From: an uncultured Christensenella sp. | GTDB taxonomy: Bacteria; Bacillota; Clostridia; Christensenellales; UBA1242 | Direction of reading: 5' to 3' | NCBI GenBank assembly: GCA_949293905.1 | Contig: CASFFG010000005.1 | Span: 78 to 64,077 of the forward strand | Length of the DNA: 64,000 bases | In this document: positions 40,923 to 49,597 of the stretch, piece by piece | How the letters are laid out: every line of letters starts with the position of its first letter | Numbering within the stretch: the stretch's first letter is position 1 | Translations under genes and position numbers: made by a program | The notes under the pieces: model-generated | What the model saw: the letters and a program-made list of their open reading frames with translations, nothing else | What the model was told of the DNA's origin: nothing | Databases searched by the model: none

Positions 40923-41835
40923 TCTTTTCTCCTTTTAAAATTTTCTTCACTTTTTCTGCTAATTCGACTAGTTCACTCTTAGAAACATATTCGCTAGATT
41001 TATTGCTAACCAATCGTTGAAGTTCGTTTAGAGTAGTATCTTTTAGGTCAATATACCCTAAATTTAGCCCTAGACGGATATCGCTAAGTCTTTTACCCAG
41101 TTCTTCGCCCGAGAGAAGATAAGCAGATTTCAATACTGACAAACTCCTAAAAGCCTTATCCATAAGGGCATCTGCATTGGTAGTAGCGAGCATTTTTGCG
41201 CTCTCTATCTCTAAATCTTGCAATTTCTCTACCATTTTCATAAACTCGTCTACTATTTCACTCTCAGTAAAACCTAGATTGCAAGCGGTCGAAAGTGTGA
41301 AAATTTGGCCGTATTTTGCTGTCAAAGCAAAGCCTAAATTTTTAATATTTTGTCTAACTTGGTTAATTTTCCCTAAACTTGAGAGCGCGTTTAAGTCTAA
41401 ATCACATTCAAGCCTTAACCCAGTTCCTATCTTTCTAATATCACTCATAAGATAGCCATAAGTGTCGTTATACGCTAGATTGAGTTTTGTGGCTAATAGA
41501 TGTTCGAGCGACTTTGCACGGTCATAAATTGACCTATCTATCCCAACTCCACCTGCAATTATAGTAAGGTGTTCGCCGTCAAATAGTGTTATTGCAACAT
41601 TATCTTTAGTGATAAACATAGTATTTGACTTGCTCGAGAGCATGCTAAATTGACTTAAATATTCACGCATATTTTTGTCAAGAGCATTGACATCTAGTTT
41701 CAACAACTCTTTATCAAGGGCACTGTCAACCTTTGAGATGATTTCTTGTCTTTTATCTTCTGTGAGTTTTGGAACGAACTTATAGTCCTTTAAATTCCTA
41801 AAATACTTCACTCTCGTTTGTATTACATTAGTCAT
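40915..41835 (-). CDS. mcsB: McsB-like protein (phosphagen-kinase fold) lacking the canonical active-site signature
   Basis: 306 aa. Its position between mcsA and clpC, with 8-nt overlaps on both sides, and collinearity with McsB (RVKYFRNL.., DGEHLTI, GTGLRLE, LSDIRLGLNLG) support homology. The CP(S/T)N(I/L/V)GT signature position reads SDIRKIGT. Confidence 0.72.
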   Translation of the reverse strand: MTNVIQTRVKYFRNLKDYKFVPKLTEDKRQEIISKVDSALDKELLKLDVNALDKNMREYLSQFSMLSSKSNTMFITKDNVAITLFDGEHLTIIAGGVGIDRSIYDRAKSLEHLLATKLNLAYNDTYGYLMSDIRKIGTGLRLECDLDLNALSSLGKINQVRQNIKNLGFALTAKYGQIFTLSTACNLGFTESEIVDEFMKMVEKLQDLEIESAKMLATTNADALMDKAFRSLSVLKSAYLLSGEELGKRLSDIRLGLNLGYIDLKDTTLNELQRLVSNKSSEYVSKSELVELAEKVKKILKGEKNV

Positions 41836-42337
41836 TTTTACTCTCCAACTTAGTAATTTCTTTCTTTAATTTTGCGGCGTCTTCATATCGCTCTTCTTTA
41901 ACAGCAATCGCCATCTCTTGTCTTAATTCTGCAATTCTATCCGCCGTGGATAGTGATTTATCCTTTTCTTTAGATTTCTTAGCGATATAATCGTTTAATC
42001 TCTCCTGCTTATGCGTTTGATTAGGTGCTATTCGTTTTACAAGATTTTCTATCTCTTCCCTAAACGCATCATAGCAGTTAGGGCAACCTAAATGCTCGGT
42101 ATTCTTAAACTCTCTTAGACTAGTTTTACATACTGGGCAAATGATATTTTCTATTTGTTGGAACGGCAAGAAATCTGCAAAAGTCGAAAACATGTCGTCA
42201 AATATACTAGTTGGAGTATCGTTGAACACTCCTTCCTTTATAGCGCAGTCACGACATAGATTAGTCGTCTGGCTAACTCCATTCACAATTAAAGTTGAGT
42301 GATATACACTCGGTTTTCCACATCTATCACATTTCAT
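41828..42337 (-). CDS. mcsA: McsA (zinc-finger plus UVR-motif activator of McsB)
   Basis: CDRCGK..CRDC and CPVCKT..CPNC zinc fingers, with a C-terminal UVR motif IAELRQEMAIAVKEERYEDAAKLKKEI. Confidence 0.85.
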   Translation of the reverse strand: MKCDRCGKPSVYHSTLIVNGVSQTTNLCRDCAIKEGVFNDTPTSIFDDMFSTFADFLPFQQIENIICPVCKTSLREFKNTEHLGCPNCYDAFREEIENLVKRIAPNQTHKQERLNDYIAKKSKEKDKSLSTADRIAELRQEMAIAVKEERYEDAAKLKKEITKLESKND

Positions 42338-42339
42338 AA

Positions 42340-42801
42340 TTATTTCCTCCCTTTTAATAATTCAATTATAACCTGTGTTAATATACTACCTCTCAAATTA
42401 TTATCGATATTTATAGGATTATTTAGCGCTTTTGCACTAATGCTGGCCTTAATTAGCCCACGCTCTCGCTCGGTAATAAGTCCGCGTGAAAGCATCTGGT
42501 CTAATAACTGACCCGCTTCGTTCTGGCTAATAGGTTTAGTAGTAATTTTTAAGGCATTGTTAAGAAAATTGCTGTCACTATCGCGCAGTCTAGACACCTT
42601 AATATAGCCACTACCACCGCGCTGGCTCTCAACCACAAACCCGCGATTGATAGTAAAACGAGTGTTTAGCACATAATTAATTTGACTAGGAACGCACGAG
42701 AAGAATTTGGCAAGGTCGTTTCGTGACAGTTCAATAAAGTCGTCCGCATCAAGGCTGGACATTATGAATTCTTCAATCACATCTGATATGCTCTTATTCA
42801 C
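42340..42801 (-). CDS. ctsR: class III stress gene repressor CtsR
   Basis: 153 aa. ISDVIEEFI..., a winged HTH with the glycine-rich loop VESQRGGSGYIKV. It is the first gene of the operon and is preceded by CtsR boxes. Confidence 0.9.
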   Translation of the reverse strand: MNKSISDVIEEFIMSSLDADDFIELSRNDLAKFFSCVPSQINYVLNTRFTINRGFVVESQRGGSGYIKVSRLRDSDSNFLNNALKITTKPISQNEAGQLLDQMLSRGLITERERGLIKASISAKALNNPINIDNNLRGSILTQVIIELLKGRK

Positions 42802-42822
42802 ATTTTCCCTCCTTTAAAGGTC

Positions 42823-42878
42823 TTTGACTTTCTTTGACCTTTGACATAATATTACTACTATTCTATGCAAATGTCAAC
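42823..42878 (-). promoter_or_regulatory. ctsR operon promoter with CtsR operator (three tandem heptads)
   Basis: On the minus strand: TTGACA (42873-42878), 18 nt, TAATAT (42849-42854). Immediately after comes TGTCAAA GGTCAAA gaa AGTCAAA (42846-42823). The last two heptads match the CtsR consensus (A/G)GTCAAA-NAN-(A/G)GTCAAA exactly. Confidence 0.85.
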
Positions 42879-43029
42879 AATTTTTGCATAATTTTTTAAA
42901 TTTTTTAGCAAACTTTTGTTGAGAGTGCTAAAATTTGACTGGTTTATACTATATGTTTCTCTTTTCCTATCCATTATATATTAAATATCATATAATCATA
43001 AAGATGTAATTTATATATTAAAGAAATAT

Positions 43030-43050
43030 GAAAAAGGGCGTAAAGCCCTA
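43030..43050 (-). terminator. rho-independent terminator after the 43082-43882 gene
   Basis: AGGGC-gtaaa-GCCCT (43035-43049) preceded by AAAAA on the plus strand, which is a U-tract on the minus strand. Confidence 0.65.
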
Positions 43051-43081
43051 TGATTATTATTTTTACACTAGTATTTTTCTT

Positions 43082-43882
43082 CTAAGTATGTTTTTCTTCC
43101 ATATCCTCGTCATCAACAAGTGGATTTAACTCGCTTATTCTACTCTGCTTTCGAGATTTTATGGTACATAGTAGATAAATCCCCCAAACTACAAAGCCTA
43201 TTAACATGTGTGCAACAATTATTATTATTGAATATAGTATGTGCGAATTATCGTATATCGTATGAAGAATAGGTAACGGAATATTATATGGGTTTGAGAT
43301 AAACATCATATTCGCATCTCCTACCAAATTCACGATTATCGCTATCGTCATAAATATCGCGCAATAGATTAGATAATTTAAAACTAATCTAAAGTCTATT
43401 TTAACGCTCTTAGTTACATAACTCATAATTCCTAAATATACCATAGATGAGTGGAAAATCATGCTATAAATACACTGGAAATGGAAGATTGGATATGTGC
43501 TGAAAGATGTGGACGGAGAGATTATAAATACCGTCCCAGCGACGATATTAGCAAGAGAAATAAACGACATTCCAAACTCTCTAACCTTCTCATTTTTAGA
43601 ACTTGCAAACCATAGTGCATAGATAAATAGCGAACAGAAATATAATGGTAACCACGAATCAATGTTAGTTATTCCATTGATTAAATTCCAGCATATTTTA
43701 AATAATTCAAGCAACGGTATCACGACTGCGAAAACGCGAATCATTTTAAAGTATGTTTCACTCTTCATCTTTCTAGTGAGATACACTGCTAACGCAATTA
43801 AAGAGAAGCACACAAAAATTGAAATAATGTGTGCCGTGCTAAACAATCCTACTGCCGGATATGTACCTAGTAATGAAAACAT
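43082..43882 (-). CDS. polytopic membrane protein (possibly YwaF/TIGR02206-like)
   Basis: 266 aa with about 7 hydrophobic helices and an acidic C-terminus. The family assignment is from weak recollection only. Confidence 0.45.
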   Translation of the reverse strand: MFSLLGTYPAVGLFSTAHIISIFVCFSLIALAVYLTRKMKSETYFKMIRVFAVVIPLLELFKICWNLINGITNIDSWLPLYFCSLFIYALWFASSKNEKVREFGMSFISLANIVAGTVFIISPSTSFSTYPIFHFQCIYSMIFHSSMVYLGIMSYVTKSVKIDFRLVLNYLIYCAIFMTIAIIVNLVGDANMMFISNPYNIPLPILHTIYDNSHILYSIIIIVAHMLIGFVVWGIYLLCTIKSRKQSRISELNPLVDDEDMEEKHT

Positions 43883-43934
43883 AATTTTATTTTACCAAAA
43901 ACATGTCGATTTTACAAGTATTTTAGCGAAAATC

Positions 43935-45746
43935 TTAATTTTTATTAAAATGTTTAAAGATATTTTCAGCGGTTTTCTTTGAGATACCCTTTACGCTGGA
44001 CAACTCTTCCAAACTTGCTTTCCTTATATTATCTATACTCTTAAAATTTGATAAAAGTGCACGCCTTGTAACAGGCCCTACACCCGATATACTCTCTAGC
44101 CCACCCCTATACATTCCTTTTGCTCTAAGCGAACGATTAAATGTAATAGCGAAGCGGTGTGCTTCATCACGGGCTAACTGAACGAGTCTTAGCGAATAAC
44201 CGCCTTTTTTCAAAATATATGGGCGAGATTCGTGCGGTTTAAACACTTCTTCTTCGCGCTTTGCAAGGCTGATTAGGTCATTTGGATAGCCATATTTTCC
44301 TAGCACATCGACCGCCACCGAGAGTTGACCTTTACCTCCATCTATAATAATTAAGTCGGGCATTGACGAAAAACTAATGTCAACTCCCTTTTTTAACTCT
44401 TCCATACGGCGAGTTAAAACTTCACGCATGGAAGCAAAGTCATCTATGAAATCGACCGTTTCAATCTTAAATTTTCTATACATTTTAGGCGCTTTTTCAC
44501 CATTTTGCACCACAACCATGCTCGCAACCGTGTAAGTACCATATGTGTGCGAGATGTCGTAACACTCAATACGCTTTGGTTCGCGAGATAAGTTTAAATC
44601 TGCTTTTAACTGCCTAACCGCGCCTTTGCTGGCGTTGACCTGTTTTATCGTTCGCTCTAAATTTTTCTCTATATGCATGTGCGCATTCTTCTCTGCCATA
44701 TCGAGAAGTTTAAATTTTACGCTGTCTATCTTCGGCTTGGTGACTACAATCTTCTTCCCCGCCTTATCTTTTAAAAATAGTTCAATTTCGTCCGTTTTTA
44801 TATCAGGCATTATGATCTCGTCTACATTTAGTGGGTGCGTTCCGTAATATTGCATTATAAATTGAGTGTACGCTTCATTAGTGTCCAAGAAATTTAAAAT
44901 GTCGAAAGTTTGAACTCCTTGCAGTTTTCCACCGCGGATATTAAGCACACACATTGCAGAATATTCTCCGCTTGTATTTAGGCTAAACACATCGTAATCG
45001 ACAAGCGAACCTAAACTGGTGATTACTTTTGATTTAAGTTTTTCAAGCATTTTTAATCTATCGCGCAAGATAAGTGCTGTTTCATAGTTTTCATTTTCAC
45101 TTGCGATTCTCATTTTTTCGTTTAAAATCTCTTCTACATGCTTCGTGTCGCCCTTTAAGAATTTTATTGCTTCATTAACTTCTAGGTTATAATCTTTTTT
45201 GGAAATTAATTTTGCACACGGAGCGGAACACATATGCATCTCTTTAAATAAACACGGCTTTATCGGTTTTTTGTTCTCTGCAAGCGGGAGTTTGCATTTC
45301 CTAAGTTGGAAGGCATAATCTAATATAGACAATACTTCCTTTGCGGATACGCCAGCCATGTATGGCCCGAAATACTTGTCATTTTTATTTAGTCTACGGC
45401 TTATTTCAAATCGCGGAAAATCTTCTTTTAAATTAATCTTTATGTACGCGTATGTTTTACTATCTTTTAATAAAATATTGTAAAACGGTTGATGCTTTTT
45501 TATTAAATTATTTTCAAGAGCAAGCGCTTCTACTTCATCATTCACAACATAGAAATCAAAATCGCGGACATTTTCCACCATATTTCTTACTTTTATATGT
45601 TCCTGTTTACGCAAAAAATATTGGCTAACGCGCTTCTTTAAATCTTTCGCTTTACCAACATAGATAATATTTTCATCTTTATCTTTCATTATATATACGC
45701 CGGGGTCATGCGGTAGGCGTTTAACTTTATCTAAAATAATGTCCAT
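43935..45746 (-). CDS. uvrC: excinuclease ABC subunit C
   Basis: GIY-YIG N-terminus (PGVYIMKDKDENIIYVGKAKDLKKRVSQYF), UVR domain, endonuclease V-like domain and C-terminal (HhH)2. Confidence 0.95.
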   Translation of the reverse strand: MDIILDKVKRLPHDPGVYIMKDKDENIIYVGKAKDLKKRVSQYFLRKQEHIKVRNMVENVRDFDFYVVNDEVEALALENNLIKKHQPFYNILLKDSKTYAYIKINLKEDFPRFEISRRLNKNDKYFGPYMAGVSAKEVLSILDYAFQLRKCKLPLAENKKPIKPCLFKEMHMCSAPCAKLISKKDYNLEVNEAIKFLKGDTKHVEEILNEKMRIASENENYETALILRDRLKMLEKLKSKVITSLGSLVDYDVFSLNTSGEYSAMCVLNIRGGKLQGVQTFDILNFLDTNEAYTQFIMQYYGTHPLNVDEIIMPDIKTDEIELFLKDKAGKKIVVTKPKIDSVKFKLLDMAEKNAHMHIEKNLERTIKQVNASKGAVRQLKADLNLSREPKRIECYDISHTYGTYTVASMVVVQNGEKAPKMYRKFKIETVDFIDDFASMREVLTRRMEELKKGVDISFSSMPDLIIIDGGKGQLSVAVDVLGKYGYPNDLISLAKREEEVFKPHESRPYILKKGGYSLRLVQLARDEAHRFAITFNRSLRAKGMYRGGLESISGVGPVTRRALLSNFKSIDNIRKASLEELSSVKGISKKTAENIFKHFNKN

Positions 45747-45752
45747 GGTCTT

Positions 45753-45781
45753 ATTATAACATAAATTTTAATTTTTTTTAA
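45753..45781 (-). promoter_or_regulatory. extended -10 promoter placing +1 on the uvrC ATG (leaderless)
   Basis: On the minus strand: TGt-TATAAT (45758-45753), then 6 nt (aagacc), then the ATG at 45746. The -35 is weak (TTAAAA). No SD. Confidence 0.62.
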
Positions 45782-45985
45782 TTATTTCACATATATTGTA
45801 AAAATTTTAAGTTTCTACAACAATTTAAAAAAATCGAAAAATTTTGTCATTTTTATTAAAATTTTTGTGTTTTTTTGACACTTTTTGTTAAATTTTAAAA
45901 AAATTTTTTAATATTTATATTATTTCCTTATTCTAAATCAAGTGCTAACTTGTCTAAATTATGATTTTTTAACATACAATTTTAC

Positions 45986-46930
45986 ATGAAGAAAGTTTTT
46001 AATATTTTAAAATTAAAGTTAAAAAATAAAAAATTTTTTGTTAAATTGTTAATCACCGTCCTAATAATTTTTATTTTAATCTTCGCCCCAACTGTTGCGT
46101 TTAGTCGTGCAAGAAATTTTGAGATTTATTCAAAAGAAAATATAACTAGCAAAATTTATACCGTACTGCACATAGAAACTTTTGAAGGCGGGAAGAAATC
46201 TAGAATTGATTTCTTAAAATCCGTCGCCCGCGAGATAGAAAGTTCGCACGCTGGTATCTACTTTATGATTAAATCTATAAGCGCAGACGAATTAGAATCC
46301 TACCTAAGCGAGAGCACTCCTGATTTAATCTCATTCGGTTTCGGTTTAGGGAAAAGTTTTATCCAAAACTTAGTACCTTTTGATAGTACATATGATATTC
46401 GTGACGAGTTAATTTTAAGCGGGAGTTTTAATGGTGAACTTGTGGCTCTACCGTACATAGTTAGTGGATATGCACTATTCCGCCATAACGCTACAGCGAG
46501 TGAATTTCACTGCGGGCAAACAGGTTACACATTCCCTGAAAAAATATATTCTACTCTCAACCTTTCCCCTATTGAAGCGGAAAGTCAATACGAAGCTTAT
46601 AAAGATTTTGTGTATGATAAAAATGTGGTTTTACTAGGAACGGGACGAGATGTATTTAGAGTGGATAATCTAAATAAAGTAGGACGAGCAAATGCTATGA
46701 TTGAGCCGATAGATACATACACCGATTTAATTCAATATCTAGCGAAATTTACAGATGACGAGATTACGCGCGAGTTTTGCTCACTTGCACTTAGTGACGA
46801 ATTTCAACGCACATTGACGGATTACTCACTATACAGTGCTAAATATAACAAAATCTACACGGACGGAATATATAGTGATATGGAAAATGCGATTATGTCG
46901 TGTGAAATAGCACGAGCATTTGAGTATTAA
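45986..46930 (+). CDS. hypothetical membrane-anchored exported protein
   Basis: 314 aa with an N-terminal K-rich segment and one TM helix (LLITVLIIFILIFAPTVAF), then a soluble domain. No family recognised. No SD; a TACAAT box lies 5 nt upstream of the ATG. Confidence 0.5.
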   Translation: MKKVFNILKLKLKNKKFFVKLLITVLIIFILIFAPTVAFSRARNFEIYSKENITSKIYTVLHIETFEGGKKSRIDFLKSVAREIESSHAGIYFMIKSISADELESYLSESTPDLISFGFGLGKSFIQNLVPFDSTYDIRDELILSGSFNGELVALPYIVSGYALFRHNATASEFHCGQTGYTFPEKIYSTLNLSPIEAESQYEAYKDFVYDKNVVLLGTGRDVFRVDNLNKVGRANAMIEPIDTYTDLIQYLAKFTDDEITREFCSLALSDEFQRTLTDYSLYSAKYNKIYTDGIYSDMENAIMSCEIARAFEY

Positions 46931-46942
46931 TGTCATGAAAAA

Positions 46943-47863
46943 TTGAGTGACATTTCAATAAGTTTTATGAAAAATTTATTAAATTTTGATATTCTAAATT
47001 TTAAAGATTGCGAAGTTTTTTATCACGCCGATTTAAAAAACTTTTCGACTTTCCATATAGGTGGCAAAGCAAAATATCTATTTATTGTTAATAGTTTAGA
47101 CCATCTAGTTCTGGTGTGTTATATTTGTAAAGTACACAACATAAAGTATAAAGTCATAGGTTATGGTTCAAATTTATTATTTAATGATAATGGGTATAAC
47201 GGTGCAATAATAGTAAATAGAGCAAGCAAAATTTTAATTCGCAAAAATAGTGCATATGTGAATAGCGGAACTAGTCTTGGTGGATTGATAAATACTCTTA
47301 TCTCACACTCTCTATCAGGACTAGAAAATTTAAGTTCAATTCCTTCGACTATCGGTGGTGCGATAACTAACAATACAGGTGCTTTTGGTCGTGAGATTAA
47401 AGATTTGGTTGAATATGTTGATTGCATTAGGTTAAGTGATTTTAAGAAAATAAGATTATCTAATACTCAATGTAAATTCGCGTACAGAAACAGTATTTTC
47501 AAGTCGGGCAAATACTTGATATTGAGAGTAAAACTAAACCTATTTAAGCGTGAAAAAACGGAAATACTAGCAGACGCACGCGATTTTACTTTAAAGAAAT
47601 TTTCTAGTCAACCGACTAACGAGTACAGTGCGGGAAGCGTGTTTAAGCGCACACTCTACTCCCCCGCCCGACTAATTGACGAACTCGGGTTAAAGGGAAA
47701 GGCTATTGGTGGTGCCATGGTGTCAAACAAGCATGCCGGATTTATTGTCAATTTTAATAATGCTCGCGCGAGCGAAGTCAAGAAACTTATCCATTTAATT
47801 AAACGCGAAGTGAAATCAAAATATAATTTACTCCTATTTGAAGAGATTGAATTCGTAGATTAA
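46943..47863 (+). CDS. murB: UDP-N-acetylenolpyruvoylglucosamine reductase
   Basis: FAD-binding domain (TFHIGGKAKYLF, VIGYGSNLLF), and C-terminal SAGSVFKR and GGAMVSNKHAGFIVN motifs. Start is TTG at 46943 or ATG at 46967. Confidence 0.9.
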   Translation: MSDISISFMKNLLNFDILNFKDCEVFYHADLKNFSTFHIGGKAKYLFIVNSLDHLVLVCYICKVHNIKYKVIGYGSNLLFNDNGYNGAIIVNRASKILIRKNSAYVNSGTSLGGLINTLISHSLSGLENLSSIPSTIGGAITNNTGAFGREIKDLVEYVDCIRLSDFKKIRLSNTQCKFAYRNSIFKSGKYLILRVKLNLFKREKTEILADARDFTLKKFSSQPTNEYSAGSVFKRTLYSPARLIDELGLKGKAIGGAMVSNKHAGFIVNFNNARASEVKKLIHLIKREVKSKYNLLLFEEIEFVD

Positions 47864-47891
47864 ATATTTTTTTTATTTATTAATCTAATGT

Positions 47892-47920
47892 TTGATTTAT
47901 TTTGAGTATCGTGATATAAT
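47892..47920 (+). promoter_or_regulatory. sigma-A type promoter for the PHP-whiA-dnaE unit
   Basis: TTGATT (47892-47897), 17 nt, TGa-TATAAT (47915-47920). It lies inside the N-terminal extension of the track ORF, which argues for the downstream start. Confidence 0.7.
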
Positions 47921-47936
47921 AATGTCAGGAGAAATT

Positions 47937-48713
47937 ATGGCATTACTGGCTGATTATCATACACATACGAAATATTCACGAAATCATCATGGGAAGGGAA
48001 CTGTGGCACAAAATGTTCGTGCTGCATATGAGAAGGGACTTAGACAAATCGCAATAACTGACCACGGATTTAATCAAGTTATGTTTGGAATTAGGCGTGA
48101 AGATATCCCAGCACTTAAACGCGATATTGAAGACGCAAAAGAGCGCTACCCTATTGATGTTCTTTTGGGCGTAGAAGCAAATCTCATCTCTTCACAAGGT
48201 GACATAGATATAGTGGAAGATGATTTAAAAGACATCGATATTCTTTTATGCGGTTTTCACAGACTCGTAAAATCTACCTCTCGTAGAGAACGCTTAAAAT
48301 TCATAAATAAAAATGTGCTATGTGAGTTTTTTGGTCACACTAGTAAAAAACAGCGCGAGATTAATACAAATGCGTACATAAATGCTATGCGTAAATATGA
48401 TATTGATATTCTCACCCACTTAAATCACGCGTGCAAGGTAGATGTTGAGAAAGTCGCTCGTGTAGCAAAGGAAACCAATACTTTAATTGAACTTAATGGG
48501 AAAAGACTGGGCATGACTGACGAAGAGATAATGACTTGCTATAAATGTGGCTGCAAGTTTGTTATAAATAGTGATGCACACTCGCCTAATCGTGTTGGCG
48601 ATTGTCATTTGGGGCTTCAAGCCGTTCTTAGACTTCGTTTGCCCGATAGTTGTATAGTAAATTATAATAATATACCTACTTTAAAGAAAGAAAGACAAAA
48701 GAAAAGGAGTTAA
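47937..48713 (+). CDS. PHP-domain metal-dependent phosphoesterase
   Basis: LADYHTHTKYS and AITDHG motifs plus a C-terminal NSDAHSP. I prefer the ATG at 47937 with an AGGAGA RBS to the track start at 47892. Confidence 0.8.
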   Translation: MALLADYHTHTKYSRNHHGKGTVAQNVRAAYEKGLRQIAITDHGFNQVMFGIRREDIPALKRDIEDAKERYPIDVLLGVEANLISSQGDIDIVEDDLKDIDILLCGFHRLVKSTSRRERLKFINKNVLCEFFGHTSKKQREINTNAYINAMRKYDIDILTHLNHACKVDVEKVARVAKETNTLIELNGKRLGMTDEEIMTCYKCGCKFVINSDAHSPNRVGDCHLGLQAVLRLRLPDSCIVNYNNIPTLKKERQKKRS

Positions 48714-48714
48714 A

Positions 48715-49596
48715 ATGGTGGACTGCAAACAGCAAATCTTAAAGACAATACCCGACAATAATTGCTGTAGTCACGCATTTTTGTCCGTTCTTCTATCCCA
48801 ATCAAACATAAATAGCAAAAACAACGAAATTTCTTTCCCTATAAAAGAAGGAATTTTAGATAAAGTTAGCAAAATTATTAAAAACTTCTACCCCGATTTG
48901 AATTTGTCTTATGGGGAAGGTTTTTTGATTGTTCGCGGAAATATTTTTAATTTACTACTTGATTGCGGATATAACGCGGGCGGAAATGTAGATTTTTCGC
49001 TCTTTTCTAGCGAGTGTGACCGACTGACTCTACTTAAAACTCTCTTCATTCAATATGGTTCTCTTTATTATAATGAAGATAATTTCAAAAATACAAAGGG
49101 CTATTTACTAGAATTTGTCATTAAGGATAATTTGGACGAACTATGCTCTACTCTATTAAATGAATTTGGCTTTAAATTAAAGTCAACGATTAGACAAAAC
49201 AACCGTGTCATTTACACAAAAAATAGTAATGTAATTACCGATTTATTGGTCAAACTAGGCGATAGTGTTACTGCGCTCGACATTCAAAATAGTCTTCTTA
49301 TGCGCGAAATTAGAAATTCAACGAATAGGCAAAATAACTGCTTTGACCACAATTTAGATAAGACACTAAACGCAAGTAGCGAGCAACTCACTGCTATAAA
49401 TTACCTTATGAGTCACAATTATCTTGACTTACTGGACGAGAAATTGACAGAGGTGGCTATGGCTAGACTCGCTAACCCCGATGTATCTTTAAAAGATTTA
49501 CAGACAATCATTGGCGGGAAAATTAGTCGTGCCGGAATAAAATATAGGCTGGATAAAATTATATCTATTTATAAATCTATCATAGGAGGAAAATAA
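48715..49596 (+). CDS. whiA: DNA-binding protein WhiA
   Basis: 293 aa with LAGLIDADG-like degenerate domains and a C-terminal HTH (ANPDVSLKDLQTIIGGKISRAGIKYRLDKI). Confidence 0.9.
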   Translation: MVDCKQQILKTIPDNNCCSHAFLSVLLSQSNINSKNNEISFPIKEGILDKVSKIIKNFYPDLNLSYGEGFLIVRGNIFNLLLDCGYNAGGNVDFSLFSSECDRLTLLKTLFIQYGSLYYNEDNFKNTKGYLLEFVIKDNLDELCSTLLNEFGFKLKSTIRQNNRVIYTKNSNVITDLLVKLGDSVTALDIQNSLLMREIRNSTNRQNNCFDHNLDKTLNASSEQLTAINYLMSHNYLDLLDEKLTEVAMARLANPDVSLKDLQTIIGGKISRAGIKYRLDKIISIYKSIIGGK

Positions 49597-49597
49597 A

